Shown: piece by piece, positions 39,401 to 52,740 of the stretch
Position numbering within the stretch: the stretch's first letter is position 1
Layout of the letters: every line of letters starts with the position of its first letter
Origin: Octopus sinensis
Taxonomy: Eukaryota
Reading direction: 5' to 3'
NCBI RefSeq assembly: GCF_006345805.1
Contig: NC_043013.1
Span: 24,800,001-24,864,000, forward strand
DNA length: 64,000 nt
The notes under the pieces: model-generated
Database searches by the model: none
What the model was told of the DNA's origin: nothing
The model's input: only the letters and a program-made list of their open reading frames with translations
Position numbers and translations under genes: made by a program

Positions 39401-39819
39401 GTATGTATGTATGTATGTATGTATGTATGTATGTATGTATGTATGTATGTATGTATGTATGTATGTTTGCGTGCATGTATGTATGTATTTAAACTTGTAT
39501 ATATACATGTATGTATGTTTGTACGTACGTCTGTATGTCCCTTGACAGGTTTTCTTTGGGTTTAGTTGGATTTCTCACAAACCTCTTCGCAAAGCTGGCC
39601 TAAATGCCCGACTCTGTCATCGCCGACCCAACAATGTAACACGATGCACTGGTTCACTGGTTACTTATAGACTTAGAGCGACTTGACATAAAGGACCGAT
39701 GAAACCAGCATAGGATCAACGAATACGTAGCAGTTGTGTGCAGGGGCCTTAAAACGATTGATACAGTATACTAGCAAGATCACTTTGGGATTATGGATCA
39801 CGAGTTTGCTTTTATTTAC

Positions 39820-39944
39820 ATAAGCTTGCTTCCCAACCACATGGTTCCGGATTCATTCCCACTGCGTGGCACCTTGAGCAAGTGTCTTCTACTATGGCCT
39901 CTGGCTGACCAACGCCTTGTGAGTGATATATATACATATATATT

Positions 39945-39994
<50 letters not shown>

Positions 39995-40014
39995 ATATAT
40001 ATATATATATATTA

Positions 40015-40048
<34 letters not shown>

Positions 40049-40093
40049 ATATATATATATATATAATATATATAATATATATATATATATATA

Positions 40094-40152
<59 letters not shown>

Positions 40153-40160
40153 TATTATAC

Positions 40161-40206
<46 letters not shown>

Positions 40207-40299
40207 CATATATATACATATATATACATATATATATATACATATATATATACATATATATACATATATATATACATATATATATATACATATATATAT

Positions 40300-40341
<42 letters not shown>

Positions 40342-40625
40342 TATATACGACGGGCTTCTTTCAGTTTCCGTCTACCAGATCCACTCATGCATATGTGTGT
40401 GTGTGTATTTGTCTGTCTGTATTTGTCACCCCACCATCGCTTGACAACCGATGTTGGTGTCTTTACGTCCACGTAACTTAGCGGTTCGGCAAAGTGACTC
40501 ATAGAATAAGTACTATGCTTACAAAGAATAAGTATTGGAGTCGATCTGTTCAACTAAAGGCAGTGCTCCAGCATGGCCGTAGTCAAATGACTGAAACAAG
40601 AAAAAGAACAAAAAACGAAAAAGAA
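39820..40625 (+). mobile_element. SINE family C with internal (TA)n expansion and an inverted core segment
   Basis: Head to gccttgtgagtg at about 39922, (TA)n, inverted core at 40347-40388, 3' half resumes in + orientation. Confidence 0.75.
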
Positions 40626-40659
40626 TATATGTACATATCTTCTATTTTTTCTTTTACAT

Positions 40660-41032
40660 TGGGGCCATGCTGGAGTGCCGCCTTAAAGAATTTTTGCACG
40701 AATGAATCGACCCTAGTATTTATTTTTTTAAAAAAACCTGCTACTTAATCTCTTCCAACCGCTAATTGACGGGAACGTATACACACCAACCCGGTTGATA
40801 AGCCGGAGGGGGGGGAGGACAACACAGATACAAACACACACCGACACGCGCACACACACAAACACGTGTGTATTGGTGCATGAATATACAACTGGCTTTT
40901 TTAGTTTCCACCTAAAAATTCACTTATGATGGGGTTTTGTGTCGGCCCGAGGCTATAGCAGAAGAAACGTGTTCTAAGTGCCATGGAAACCATGAGGCTG
41001 GAAAGCAAACTTCTTACCTCACAACCACGCCA
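40660..41032 (-). mobile_element. SINE family C, diverged
   Basis: ggccatgctggagtgccgcc...gtcggcccgaggctatagcagaag...ccacgcc. Confidence 0.7.
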
Positions 41033-41040
41033 TATATACA

Positions 41041-41139
<99 letters not shown>

Positions 41140-41600
41140 CTTTGATAGGTTTCGGCCAGTATATGCCCAGGTCATGTCTAATTTAATAGCACCACCTGGT
41201 GAAGTCTTTTAGTCATATATGGGGCACCATAGCCCACTCTTGCAAAGAGTTATTATTGTTGGAGACATATCTGGGTGTAGGAGGTTGGTCAGGGATCTTT
41301 TGAAGAAATTTGTCCAGTGAACATTTGAATTTTATGGGATCCGTTTCCGTTTTGATGTATTTTGGTATGGTATTAAAGAGAGCTGGACCGGTTGAGGTAA
41401 AGTTATTGTGATGTAATGTTGCTATGTGTACCGAGTTCAGTTCTTGTAGTGGGCGGACAGCACAGGGGCCAAGTCTTGGATAGATTTTTAAATTGATGCC
41501 AACATCATTTGTGCAATATCGATGGAATATTTTCCACATAACATTTTGTAGAAAACATTGAACCAAAAGAAGCACGCTCTAAGGTGTAGAGTAGTATATA
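41140..41600 (-). mobile_element. CR1/L2-group LINE 3' fragment
   Basis: NFTSTGPALFNTIPKYIK...FKCSLDKFLQKIPDQP...NSL, a typical ORF2 C-terminus. Confidence 0.75.
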
Positions 41601-42475
41601 TTAAACATGGGGAAGGCTGGTTTATAGGATTACCATAGGTTTCCCGTCCATAAAGGGTTTAGCTTTATGGCGTATAGTCAGACCTCAAAAGCCTGTTGGC
41701 CCAAGGCCTCTTTAAAAAATTTACCCCTCCATATTTATGAGAGCTCTTGGGCTATCAGATTTTTAGGATCTGACGATACGCTATAAAGCGTATCTCTTTA
41801 TGGAAAGGAAACCTAAAGCAATCTTATAAACTGGCCTTCCCCATTTTTAATGTGTGTGTGGGGGGGGAGAGATGCATGCATACATACATACATACATACA
41901 TACATACATACATACATACATACATACATACATACAAAGGCAATGCATTTGTGTGCATGCAGTATTCACTGCGGCAGTTTCATACACTCTGCAACTTCCA
42001 ACTACAAGCAAGTGATCTTTCAAAAGCAATTGTTGTCGTTGCTGCGGTCGAGGTACCGCGTATGGTTACTACTATAAAAATGACTTCTGTAGTTGCCTCG
42101 CTTGAGAGAGCAATAAGGTAGGTGGAGCGAGCGCAATCGGTAGCATTACTCCATAAGTCGACAAACTCTGACGCTGCTGTTCTTTTAGAATGCCGTCAGT
42201 GTCGAAAAGTGGTTGATCGTGGATCCGAATTGACATCCATCCATCCATTCATTTATCCATCCATCCATCCATCCATACATACATACATCTATCCATACAT
42301 ACATACATACATACATACATACATACATACATACATACATACATACATACCCTGTTGTTGATGTTGAAATTCCAATGAAGGAGCCTTTGATCAAAGTTAG
42401 AAACCGGCTCTTTCTTTATTGGTAAGAAATCTTGACATAAAACTGAATAATTACAGACGTGCATATATATATACT

Positions 42476-45400
42476 TGATGATGGCCGTCCACTCGTGACT
42501 GAGGAAGACCACTGCTGACCTTTAGGAACATTGTGCGCTCAAGGACAAATATATATTTTGCATTTGCAACTCCATTGGTGGCTAATGAGCCTTGCTCTTG
42601 GCAAGCATATACGACTGTAAATATTGCAAACCAAGCTTTCCTCATTCATTACACCAGTAGTGCGCTTTCGAGCAGCATGCTTAAATTTTTCGTGCAGGAT
42701 ACGTGCTCACTCAAAGGTGTTGACCCCCTCCTTAACCTGCTTCCTCCATCTGTGGCGATGACAGGCATTGCTCTCCCCATCAGTCTCCTGCATATTACAG
42801 GCCTTTAATGAAGACTTGTCACAGTCCTTAAATCGCAGTCTTGGTTTCTGCTGGGGTGTCTTTCCCGTAACAAGTTCCCCATATAGCATTTGTTTAGGGA
42901 TCCTGCTATCCTTCATTCTAATAAGGTGTCCATTTCAACGTAACTGCTGCTAATGCACCATTGCCTCAATACTCGAAATAGCTTTCCTCAAGACCTGCGT
43001 ATCTGGAGTTTATAAGGTTCAGCCAACATTCAGAATGTGTCTTAGACATCTCTGATGAAAACGTTCAAGGACACGTGCATGCTGTTTGTAAGGAGTCCAT
43101 GCCTCACATGAGTAAAGGAGCGATGTCAGTACACATGCACGGTACACAGCAATTTTTGTTTGCCTTGTGATACCATGCTGGGACCAGACATGATACTGAA
43201 GAGACTGGAAGGAGCCAGTTGCTCTCTGTAGTCTGGAAGATATTTCATCATCTAAGGAGCAAGAACGGCTAAGTGTGCTGCCCAGGTAGTCAAACTTGTC
43301 TACCACTTTCAGAATTGTTCCCTCAACCAAGATAGCGGGTTCCACATATGGATTTCGTAGTGCAGGCTGGAACATTACAACAGTCTTGTCCAGTCTAATG
43401 CTGAGTCCAACTGCCTTGTAAGAAGCAGAAATACGATTCATTAGTATTTGCATGTCATTCACTGTATGAGTGACTAAGTCACAGTCATCTGCATAAAAGA
43501 GGCCATGAATAAGAGGCCGGAAAACTTTTGATTTGGCAGTAAATCGGCCCAGATTAAAGAGGCGACCAGAAGATCGATACTTGACATATATTCCCATCGA
43601 GCTAATCTTTGCAAAAGCATGAGTAAAAGCAAAGTACACAGAAAAGAGAGTTGGGACAAGGATGTCACTCTGCTTGACACCATTCTCTGCAGGAACGGAT
43701 CCCGCCATGCCACCACTAACAGTGACCCAGGCCTCCATCTCATCATGAAAGGATTTAATTATAGAAACAAAGTGATCCGCCCATCCAAGTTTACTAATTA
43801 TTTTCCATAGCAAGCTCTTATTCACAGTATCAAAGGCCTTGGTTAGATCAATGACTACCTAGACAAGGTTCATATTCTGCTCATAGCACTTCTGCATCTG
43901 TCTTGCTGTGAAAATCAAATCCATTGCCCCTCTACCAGATCGGAAGCCAAATTAAGATTCAGATAGGATATCATTTATGAGACACCCATTCAGGTAGGTA
44001 AGAAGAATATTTGTCAGAACCTTGCCAGCAGTTGATAGTAGAGCAATACCTCTGTAGTTACCACACATTATTCTGGCTCCTTTTTCTTTATAGAGGGGAA
44101 GAATAATTGCATCCTTCCAGTCCTAAGGCTTTGCACAATCCCTACAGACTACATTAATACGTTCATGAGTGTATGATACAATCACAACCAAATCGCAAGA
44201 CCTTTAGCACAAATTTCATCCCTTCCAGGTGCCTACCAAGATTCAATTTACTTATTGCTGTCATTACTTAATCTATTGGGGGTGAAGAATTTAAGGAGCC
44301 AATGATAGGTCATTGTTGCATAGTATCAATCACTGTTTCATCCACAACTGATTCATGGTTTAGGAGTTCAGAGAAGTGTTCAATCCAGCGACATGTGGTT
44401 TCAGTTGATTTAGTAAATAGAGTAGAAGCAAAGGAGCTGATGCAGAGCTCTTAGCTCCAGCAATAGGATTCGGTTGCTGCATGGATGTCTGAGCAGCTCC
44501 ATTTAGAGAGGGCACTGCTCACCAGGAGGCCGGGGAGGTTCTAGAAAAGGTGAATCAAAAATTGCCTGTCTTTCTATAGCTGGTCAGTTTAGCGCGACTG
44601 ACATATATCCACTCTGCGTTCGAAAAACAAAGAGACATTTTTTTACAAAATCTGGATGGAACTTGAACATTTTATGTTGGAATATGCGCACTCTGTTGGA
44701 TAACAAGAGTGATTGTAGACCTCAAAGACGCACTGCACTTGTTGCTCGCGAGCTGAACCGCTATGACATTGATATAGCTGCACTTTCGGAGACTCGTATA
44801 GAAGGTGATGGTCATCTTGTGGAAGTAGGAGGTAGATACGCTTTGGGGGGAAGGGGAGGCTGAAGGAGGAACGCAGCGAGGCTGGTATTGGCTTTGCACT
44901 TCGATCTGATATCCGTGAGAAGTTGGAGGAGCTTCTTGTTCCTATAAATGAATGTCTAATGACTCTACGACTGCACCTGAAAGGTAGGCGGTCTGCTACT
45001 CTTGTAAGTGCCTATGCACCTACTTTGACTAGTTGTGATGAAGATAAAACTATTTTTTATACCCAGCTGCGAGCCATACTTAGGAAAATCCCAATTCTGA
45101 TAAAGTCATTCTACTGAGGGATTTCAATGCCAAGGTTGGAACAGACTTGCAAACATGGTACTTTCTATGACATTTTGGGGTAGAGAAAATGAATAGCAAT
45201 GGTCTCATGCTGCTGGAGCTTTGCAATGAACATGGACTTTACAAGCACTTTACAAACACTCATTTTATGCACAAAGGTGATCACACAACAACGTGGATGC
45301 ATCCAAGGTCTAAAGTTTGGCACTTGCTGGATTATGTCATCATCCGCAAGTGTGACAATCATGACATTTGTAATGTCAAGTCCTTTCATGGATCAGAATG

Positions 45401-45879
45401 CTGGACAGACCACAGTCTGGTGTGAGGAAAGTTCCGGATGATAATTAGAGTGAAAGAGAGAAGAGGGCCAGTTGGAATTCCTCGGCATCTGAATGTTCAC
45501 AAGATATATAATGCTGTGTTAAGGAAAAAGCTTCAGGCTCGCTTGTCCATCTTTGAAAATACTACAGTATGGGAAGATTTTCGAGACCAGGTTCTAAAAT
45601 ATGCTGCTGAAACACTGAGATATGCTACTGCCAGATACAGAGCCTGGTTTGATGAAAATGATGCCGAGGTTCAATGACTATGGTTGTAAAGTACCATGCC
45701 CACAGTATATTACTGCACAGAAGATTTTCAGCTTTGCAGCGAAATCTAGCACTTGCTCACTATAGCAAAGATCTCTCAGGAAGATGCAGAACGCTTGGTG
45801 GGAGGATCTTGCTCGTGATGTTCAGGCTGCTGCTGATGCAAATGACAGCAAGCTTTACCATCTTATGAAACGTATTTAC
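42476..45879 (-). mobile_element. RTE (BovB-like) LINE with 5' inversion: RT and 3' half on - strand (42476-44440), 5' UTR and APE half on + strand (44440-45879)
   Basis: Minus: RWIEHFSELLN, GVKQSDILVPTLF, FYADD, FDYLGS, LLYSCEAW. Plus: CWNMRTL, IAALSETR, VSAYAPT, TTWMHPRSK, WTDH, WWEDLARDVQAAAD. Confidence 0.9.
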
Positions 45880-45900
45880 ATACAAACATATATACATACA

Positions 45901-46125
45901 TTTATACCTGTAATTATTGAGGCCCTGGGATATGTAACACGCTGCCTAAATACCAGTCTTGAGAAATTGGGCTTCTCAAAACCAGAAAGGAGAAAACTAA
46001 TTCGAAGATTACATATCCAATCCATCACTGGAACTGTAAAAGTCTGTAAAACTTTCCAGAAGTTCATCATTTGAATGTATATGAGCATGTCTAGATATAT
46101 AGCTATATGCATGAGAGTACATATA
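45901..46125 (+). mobile_element. R4/Dong-clade LINE extreme 3' fragment
   Basis: FIPVIIEALGYVTRCLNTSLEKLGFSKPERRKLIRRL; 5' junction in catatatacatacat. Confidence 0.8.
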
Positions 46126-46344
46126 TAGCAGTTTCTGTTCCTTTGAGCTAATAGACTTCAAGCCATTAAATTTCTTGCCTTCTCATGGCCCCTGAGTCTC
46201 TCCCATTGAGCTTGTACTAAGCACATTTATCACTCCTTTCTCTGGAATTTCCTTAAACGTTTTACACACACAAACACAGACAAGCATATATCATGTACAT
46301 ATGTGTGTATACATATATGTAGTCACCCAGCAAACTGTATGACG

Positions 46345-46540
46345 TGGAGGCGCGTGATTTAGTGGTTAGGGTGTTGGACTCATGAACGTAAGATTGTGGT
46401 TTCGATTCCTGGGCCGAGCAATGAGTTGTGTTCTGTGGTAAAACACTTCATTTCGCATTGCTCCAGTTCACTCAGCTGACAACACTGAGTAACCCTGTGA
46501 CGGACCGACGTCCTATCCAGGTGGGGAATATATACGCATC
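46345..46540 (+). mobile_element. SINE family D variant
   Basis: ggaggcgcgtgatttagtggttagg head, ggtttcgattcc B-box. Confidence 0.7.
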
Positions 46541-46934
46541 AGAAACGTATATATATATATATATATATGCACCTCGAGCAAACCGAGGCATGCGTTGGAC
46601 GGTTTGACTGGGTTGGCACACTGGAAGGCTGCACCAGATTACAGTCTGATTTGGCGTTGTTTTTACGCCAACTGCTCTGAGAGTGTAATGGGCGCTTTTA
46701 CGTGCCACTGGCACGTAGATCAGACTCTGGGTAAAAGAGACAAGGGACAAGGGGGATTAGCAAAGACCAGCTAAAATGCCAGCTCACTCAGTAGAGATAG
46801 ACATCACAGGGTAAGAAGGAGTCTTAGCGCCGCAGAGGGAAGTATGATGAGGCTGCATCCATATCCCTACAAGTCACTTTTAGAGGGTCCAATCAACTGA
46901 GGCGGATGAGAAACGCCAAAGGAGTGAGTCAAGA

Positions 46935-47330
46935 CGGCGAGCTGGCAGAAACGTTAGCACGCTGGGCGAAATGCTTAGAGGTATTTCGTCTGCCGCTACG
47001 TTCTGAGCTCAAATTCCGCCGAGGTCGACCTTTGCCTTTCATCCTTTCGGGGTCGATAAATTAAGCACCAGTTACGCACTGGGGTCGATGTAATCGACTT
47101 AATCCGTTTGTCTGTCCTTGTTTGTACCCTCTATGTTTAGCCCCTTGTGAGTAATAAAGAAATAGGTATTTCGGCTGTCTTTACGTTTTGAGTTTTAATT
47201 CCGCCGAGGTCCTTTTTGCCTTTCGTCCTTTCGGGATCGATAAATTAAATACCAGTTGCATACTGGAGTCGATCTAATCGCATGGACCCCTCCCAGAAAT
47301 TTCGGATTTTGTGCCTAGAATAGAAAAGAA
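46935..47330 (+). mobile_element. Dimeric SINE family B
   Basis: Head ggcgagctggcagaaacgttagc plus two units. Confidence 0.85.
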
Positions 47331-47940
47331 GGAGCGAGTCATCGTCACGATACCGCATCAGGCCAAAGTCTACATATTTGCCCCAAAAGCGTTGGAGCCT
47401 GTCGTTCAAGGGTTGGTTTACAGAGCCATTTAAGAGCTTTTTGCCCTTCATTATGATCTTTGGACACAAAGACCAGCTCTATGGCTAAGAAACTCGTTTT
47501 ACAGCCAAGTGGTTTCAGATTCTCTTCTTAGGAATGTATCTTCTACCATGACCCCAGAAACGATGAATATCTTGTGAGTGAATTTGGAAGATGGTAACTG
47601 TGTAGAAGCTCATTACGTGTATGTGTGTGCTACTTTGTTTGTGTGTGTATGTGTGTGTGTTTGTGTATCGTTAGGTATGAAGACTGGTAAGCTAATACGA
47701 GTTTGCAGTGTAAGAATATACACATAAAGAAGACATCGAGGTTACTTGCTTCAAAGTCAGTCAAGCACTCCGTAAACATGTCCTCAGCAAAAGCTTTTGA
47801 AATTAGCTTCAATAGAACTTTCACGCAGTTTTATAGAAATTATTGTTTTGTTCACAAATATACATTTATATATTCGTTGGGTTTTCCCATAGTACGTGTT
47901 CAGTTGGATGGAAAGCAAGAAATATGCTTGCGCATATACA

Positions 47941-47972
<32 letters not shown>

Positions 47973-48403
47973 CACGCACACAACCATAACCCACCTCCCC
48001 ACAACATCACACCACACTACACCATACAATATTACACATCACATCACAACACACCACCCACAGCACACCGCCCACACACCCATCCCCACATCTTTACACC
48101 TACACATACATACACATATCACATCACAACACACCACCCACACACCCATCCCCACATCTCCACACCCACACATACATACACACGTCCAGACCACCAGCCC
48201 TCTTTCACACACACTCACCTTTGTGTTGGGGGCACCTTCGTATTGGAAGTCACTTGACCCTGTTATCTCCCCTACTGTTATCTCCCCTACTCCCCAAAGA
48301 ATAAGTCCTGGGGTTGATTTGTTCGACTAAAGGCGGTGCTGCAGCACGGCCGCAGTCAAATGATTGAAACAAATAAAAGAATAGGAATACATACATACAT
48401 ACA

Positions 48404-48505
<102 letters not shown>

Positions 48506-48944
48506 TATGTATGTATATAGATACATATATACATACAGAAATACACACCGGGCACACATACACACACACACACACATTCGACTGGAGTTCCCTCGTACAA
48601 AATCAGTTATTGCCACTCTTCTCTGTGATCGCATTTCCGTGTGTGAACGGAATATTTTATTTGTTAAGTTGTTTTTCTTTGTTCTGTAACCCAAGGTCAG
48701 CCTTGCTTGAGTCAAACTCTTGATAAAAGACACAGTTATGACGATCCCATTTCCTTTGTAGACATAACTTATTTAGTGCAAACAACTTTATCAAATATTA
48801 CCCTTATTTGATAATTTGATAAAAAATGTGAATTTTTAATTATTTTCTGAGATTTTACAAAAACAACAAAAATATTTAGGGGTACAGCGTGTGGTTTGAG
48901 GAAGCTAGATATCCCTAATTACTACGTATTGCACAAATTTTACT

Positions 48945-49185
48945 CAATAATAACAGCGTTCATTTCTCTGTAAGGAGAATAGGGTCGGTTTCTTGGTTTC
49001 CGTGGCATATATGTTCCTCCCTCGATGGGACGCCGGTCCGTGGTAGGATTGTTGGTCTTTGCCAGCTGAGCGGACTGGAGAAACATGAAATGAAGTGTTT
49101 TGTTCAAAAGCAGAACGAATCGCTTCATTCAGGAATCGAAACCACAATCATACGATCATGAGTCCAGCATTCTAACCACTCAGTA
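48945..49185 (-). mobile_element. SINE family D variant
   Basis: Reverse complement head gagtggttagaatgctggac, ggtttcgattcc. Confidence 0.65.
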
Positions 49186-49302
49186 ATAAGATTGAACAAA
49201 ATTTGGGACATTTGTGTTTCGTTGGAATACTGAGTTCAACTGAGATTGGAAATGGTTCACCTGATTTCAAACTTACTGAAGATACTGTACTAATATGAAG
49301 TA

Positions 49303-49703
49303 CAGTGATACCTCGCAGTACAAGTTTAATTCGTTCCATGGCCGAGCTCATCTTACGATTTACTCGTTTTACAAATCAATTTTCCCCATTGAGATTAACT
49401 AAAATATAATTAATCCGTTCCTGTCCCACAAAAATATTCAAAAAATAATTTTCTGTGGGTTTTAAAACAGAGACGACGTTGTTACAAGTAAAATGACAAT
49501 TATAAAAAAAAGAGAATGCAACAGAAATACATAAACTGGTTTTATTAACTGAAATACCTTAAAGATGGTACAATTTGTGCTTGTATGAAACTTGTTCGTA
49601 CAGCGGATTTCTGCTCGTACTTCAAGACAGAAATTCGCACGAGTCTCGGCTCGTACAGCAAATTACTCGTACAATGGGGCACTCGTACTGCGAGGTTCTG
49701 TTG
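49303..49703. mobile_element. Tigger/pogo-type MITE
   Basis: TIRs cagtgatacctcgcagtac / gtactgcgaggttctgttg with TA on both sides. Confidence 0.75.
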
Positions 49704-49709
49704 TATATG

Positions 49710-50835
49710 GATTTGATAGTTGATATTAGCAGCCGTAGTAGGAAGACTGGTTGTGATTCAGTCTTCGCTGAATCTAGAACCTGATTTACTATTTACAAGT
49801 AGCTAAGTTGTACTTTTGGCGTTCGTAAACTATCCAAGTCTCGCAGCCATACAGCAGTGTAAGCTGTACAACTGCTTTGTACATCTTCAGCTTGATGGCC
49901 TCTTTAATGCCTCAGTCATCTAACGAGACAAGGTCCCGGGCACAGAAGTCTGATCTGCCAAGCATTTACACACTGCTGAAGAGAGAGCAGATTAGGTGGG
50001 CAGGCCACTATGTTCGAATGCCTGACAGACGACTAACCAAAAGACTGTTTTACAGTAAATTAGCAGAAGGCAAATGCACAGAAAATGGGCAGTAAAAGTG
50101 CTTCTAAGATAAACTCAACACCTCACTGAAGTACTTTCAAATCAATGGAGGCGCACTGGCCCAGTGGTTAGGGCAGCGGACTCGCGATCATAGGATTGCG
50201 GTTTCGATTCCCAGACCGGGCGTTGTGAATGTTTTTTGAGCGAAAACACCTAAAGCTCCACGAGGTTTCGGCAGGGAGTGGTGACGAACCCTGTTGTACT
50301 CTTTCACCACAACTTTCTCTCACTCTTTCTTCCCGTTTCTGTTGTTCCTGTATTTCAAAGGGCCAGCTTTGTCACACTCTGTGTCACGCTGAATCTCCCC
50401 GAGAACTACGTTAATGGTACACGTGTCTGTGGAGTGCTCAGCCACTTGCGAGTTAATTTCACGAGCAGGCTGTTCCGTTGATCGAATCGACTGGAACCCT
50501 TGTCGTCGTAACCGACGGTGTGCACGAATTCCAAATCAGCTCCGACGCCTGGGAAATGCAAACATTGGACCACCATGCCTGGCGTAGCTACACAATCAGA
50601 GGTGTCACTTCAAACAGAATAGGATCGTAGGAACACAAAGAAAATGTGAGCTGCGCAAGTCCAGAGCCGACTCCTTGCCTTCATTCCCAGAAGAGCACCA
50701 GTGCCCGACCTGCGGTAGAACCTTCTAAGTATGCATTGGCTTCATTGACCACAGCTGGACGCACTGTGACCTTGCTTCTTTCCCCGTGTGATGTTCTTGG
50801 TCATCGTCAACAACAACGGGCGATCATTATTATTA
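49710..50835 (+). mobile_element. Second RTE LINE 3' fragment with short 5' inversion (49710-49918 antisense), interrupted by a SINE
   Basis: Antisense GIKEAIKLKMYKAVV..LLYGCETW; sense DKVPGTEV, LPSIYTLL..QIRWAGHYVRM, CPTCGRTF; tail caacaacgggcgatcattattatt. Confidence 0.8.
50147..50525 (+). mobile_element. SINE family D inserted in RTE, with ~10-bp TSD
   Basis: Head ggaggcgcactggcccagtggttagg; tttcaaatca (50135-50144) / ttccaaatca (50529-50538). Confidence 0.85.
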
Positions 50836-51934
50836 GTAATTTTAAAAGTTAAGTACATTCCACATGAGTATAATGCAAGGCCGAGGGTAGGAGGGGAACC
50901 ATTAACCCCTCGACGACTATCCAACATCCTATCGACTTGTCAATTAGTTATATTTATACGTATGTATAAGATTCAAAGATGAGTTTTTGCTAGATCATTT
51001 ACATATTTTTCGGATTTATTTAGCTAAGATTAATAATAAGCTTCTCTGTTTTTATAAACACAGTGTTTAGAAGCACTATTTCTACGTATAGCTACAACAG
51101 CTCTCAATGTTTCTACTTCTGCTAGTATATGCTTCCAACGTTATTATTCTCTATATCACCAGCATAGTGAAGCCAAGTTAGTTTGAAACAAGTCGTTAGT
51201 AAGGCCAGCCTTTTTCTCAAAGTATTTGCATTGGATTTGCTATATCTCTGCATTTACTGTCTCTTCTGTTTTCTTAACCTGACCGAGTACGTCTGTACTC
51301 GAGCAGATCATCTGAACACAACTTATGTAGAATAACTTACCTAAGACACAGGATGCCTCCCAGGAGCGAGATGGCTGGTGTGAGTGGGTTAAAAATGTCC
51401 GAGGAAGCTTGACAAGATGATTTATATGTGATAGAGACTCTCCCGTCGAACGACCTTCACAGATGATTTGTTTATAGTGATTATAAGTTCGTGCTGCACT
51501 TTAGCTCACACGCTCTATTAAATCGACGTTGTACGGTGTGCTACGTATCAGGTATTTAAGTGATCGCAGCGCAATGTGAGATTAAGTATTTTCCTGAAGA
51601 ACACAACCCGCCACTCGGTCTAGGAATTGAAACTACGATCTCGCAAGTGTAAATGCTAACCACCAGGATATGCACAACTGCATTATTGAAGACTGTTTTC
51701 TTAAATTTCCTCTGTAGATCCATTTTATCAAAGGAAATTTTTTCTTATGTTAACATGATCTAGTTTCGAATCATACACATTTTGTAAGAATCTTCGCACA
51801 TCATTTTACAAATACACATGAAATTATACTTATAAACCTTTTTAAATCACAGGTATAACTGTGGGTTATTTTTTACTCCTCAGAATATAGTGTTACTGCT
51901 AAACTTTATTATGATAATGCTCTCTGTAGATAAC

Positions 51935-52740
51935 GCGGCGAGCTGGCAGAAACGTTAGCACGCCGGGCGAAATGCGTAGCCGTATTTCGTCTACCGTTAC
52001 GTTCTGAGTTCAAATTCCGCCGGGGTCGACTTTGCCTTTCATCCTTTTGGGGTCGATAAATTAAGTACCAGTTACGCACTGGATCGATATAATCGACTTA
52101 CTCCCTTTGTTTGTTCCCTCTATATTTAGCCCCCTGTGGACAATAAAGAAAGAAATATTCTTTTTTACACTAGGCACAAAGCTGGAAATTTGGGGGAAGG
52201 GGGCCAGTCGATTAGATCGACTCCAGTATGCAACTGGTACTTAATTTATCGACTCCGAAAGGATGAAAGGCAAAGTCGACCTCAGCGGAATTTGAACTCA
52301 GAACGTAGCGGCAGACGAAATACCTATTTCTTTACTACCCACAAAGGGCTAAACACAGAGAGGACAAACAAGGACAGACAAAGGGATTAAGTCGATTACA
52401 TCGACCCCAGTGCGTAACTGGTACTTAATTTGTCGACCCCGAAAGGGTGAAAGGCAAAGTCGACCTCGGTGGAATTTGAACTCAGAACGTAACGGCAGAC
52501 GAAATACCTATTTCTTTATTACCCACAAGGGGCTAAACACAGAGGGGACAATCAAGGACAGACATAGGTATTAAGTCGATTACATCGACCCCAGTGCGTA
52601 ATTGGTACTTATTTAATCGACCCCGAAAGGATGAAAGGCAAAGTCGACCTCGGCGGAACTTGAACTCAGAACGTAACGGCAGACGAAATACCGCTTAAGC
52701 ATTTCACCCGGCGTGCTAACAGTTCTGCCAGCTCGCTGCT
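51935..52740. mobile_element. Tail-to-tail SINE family B pair: + copy 51935-52170 and - multimer 52170-52740
   Basis: Heads at 51935 (+) and about 52735 (-); three ~180-nt units on the - strand. Confidence 0.85.
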
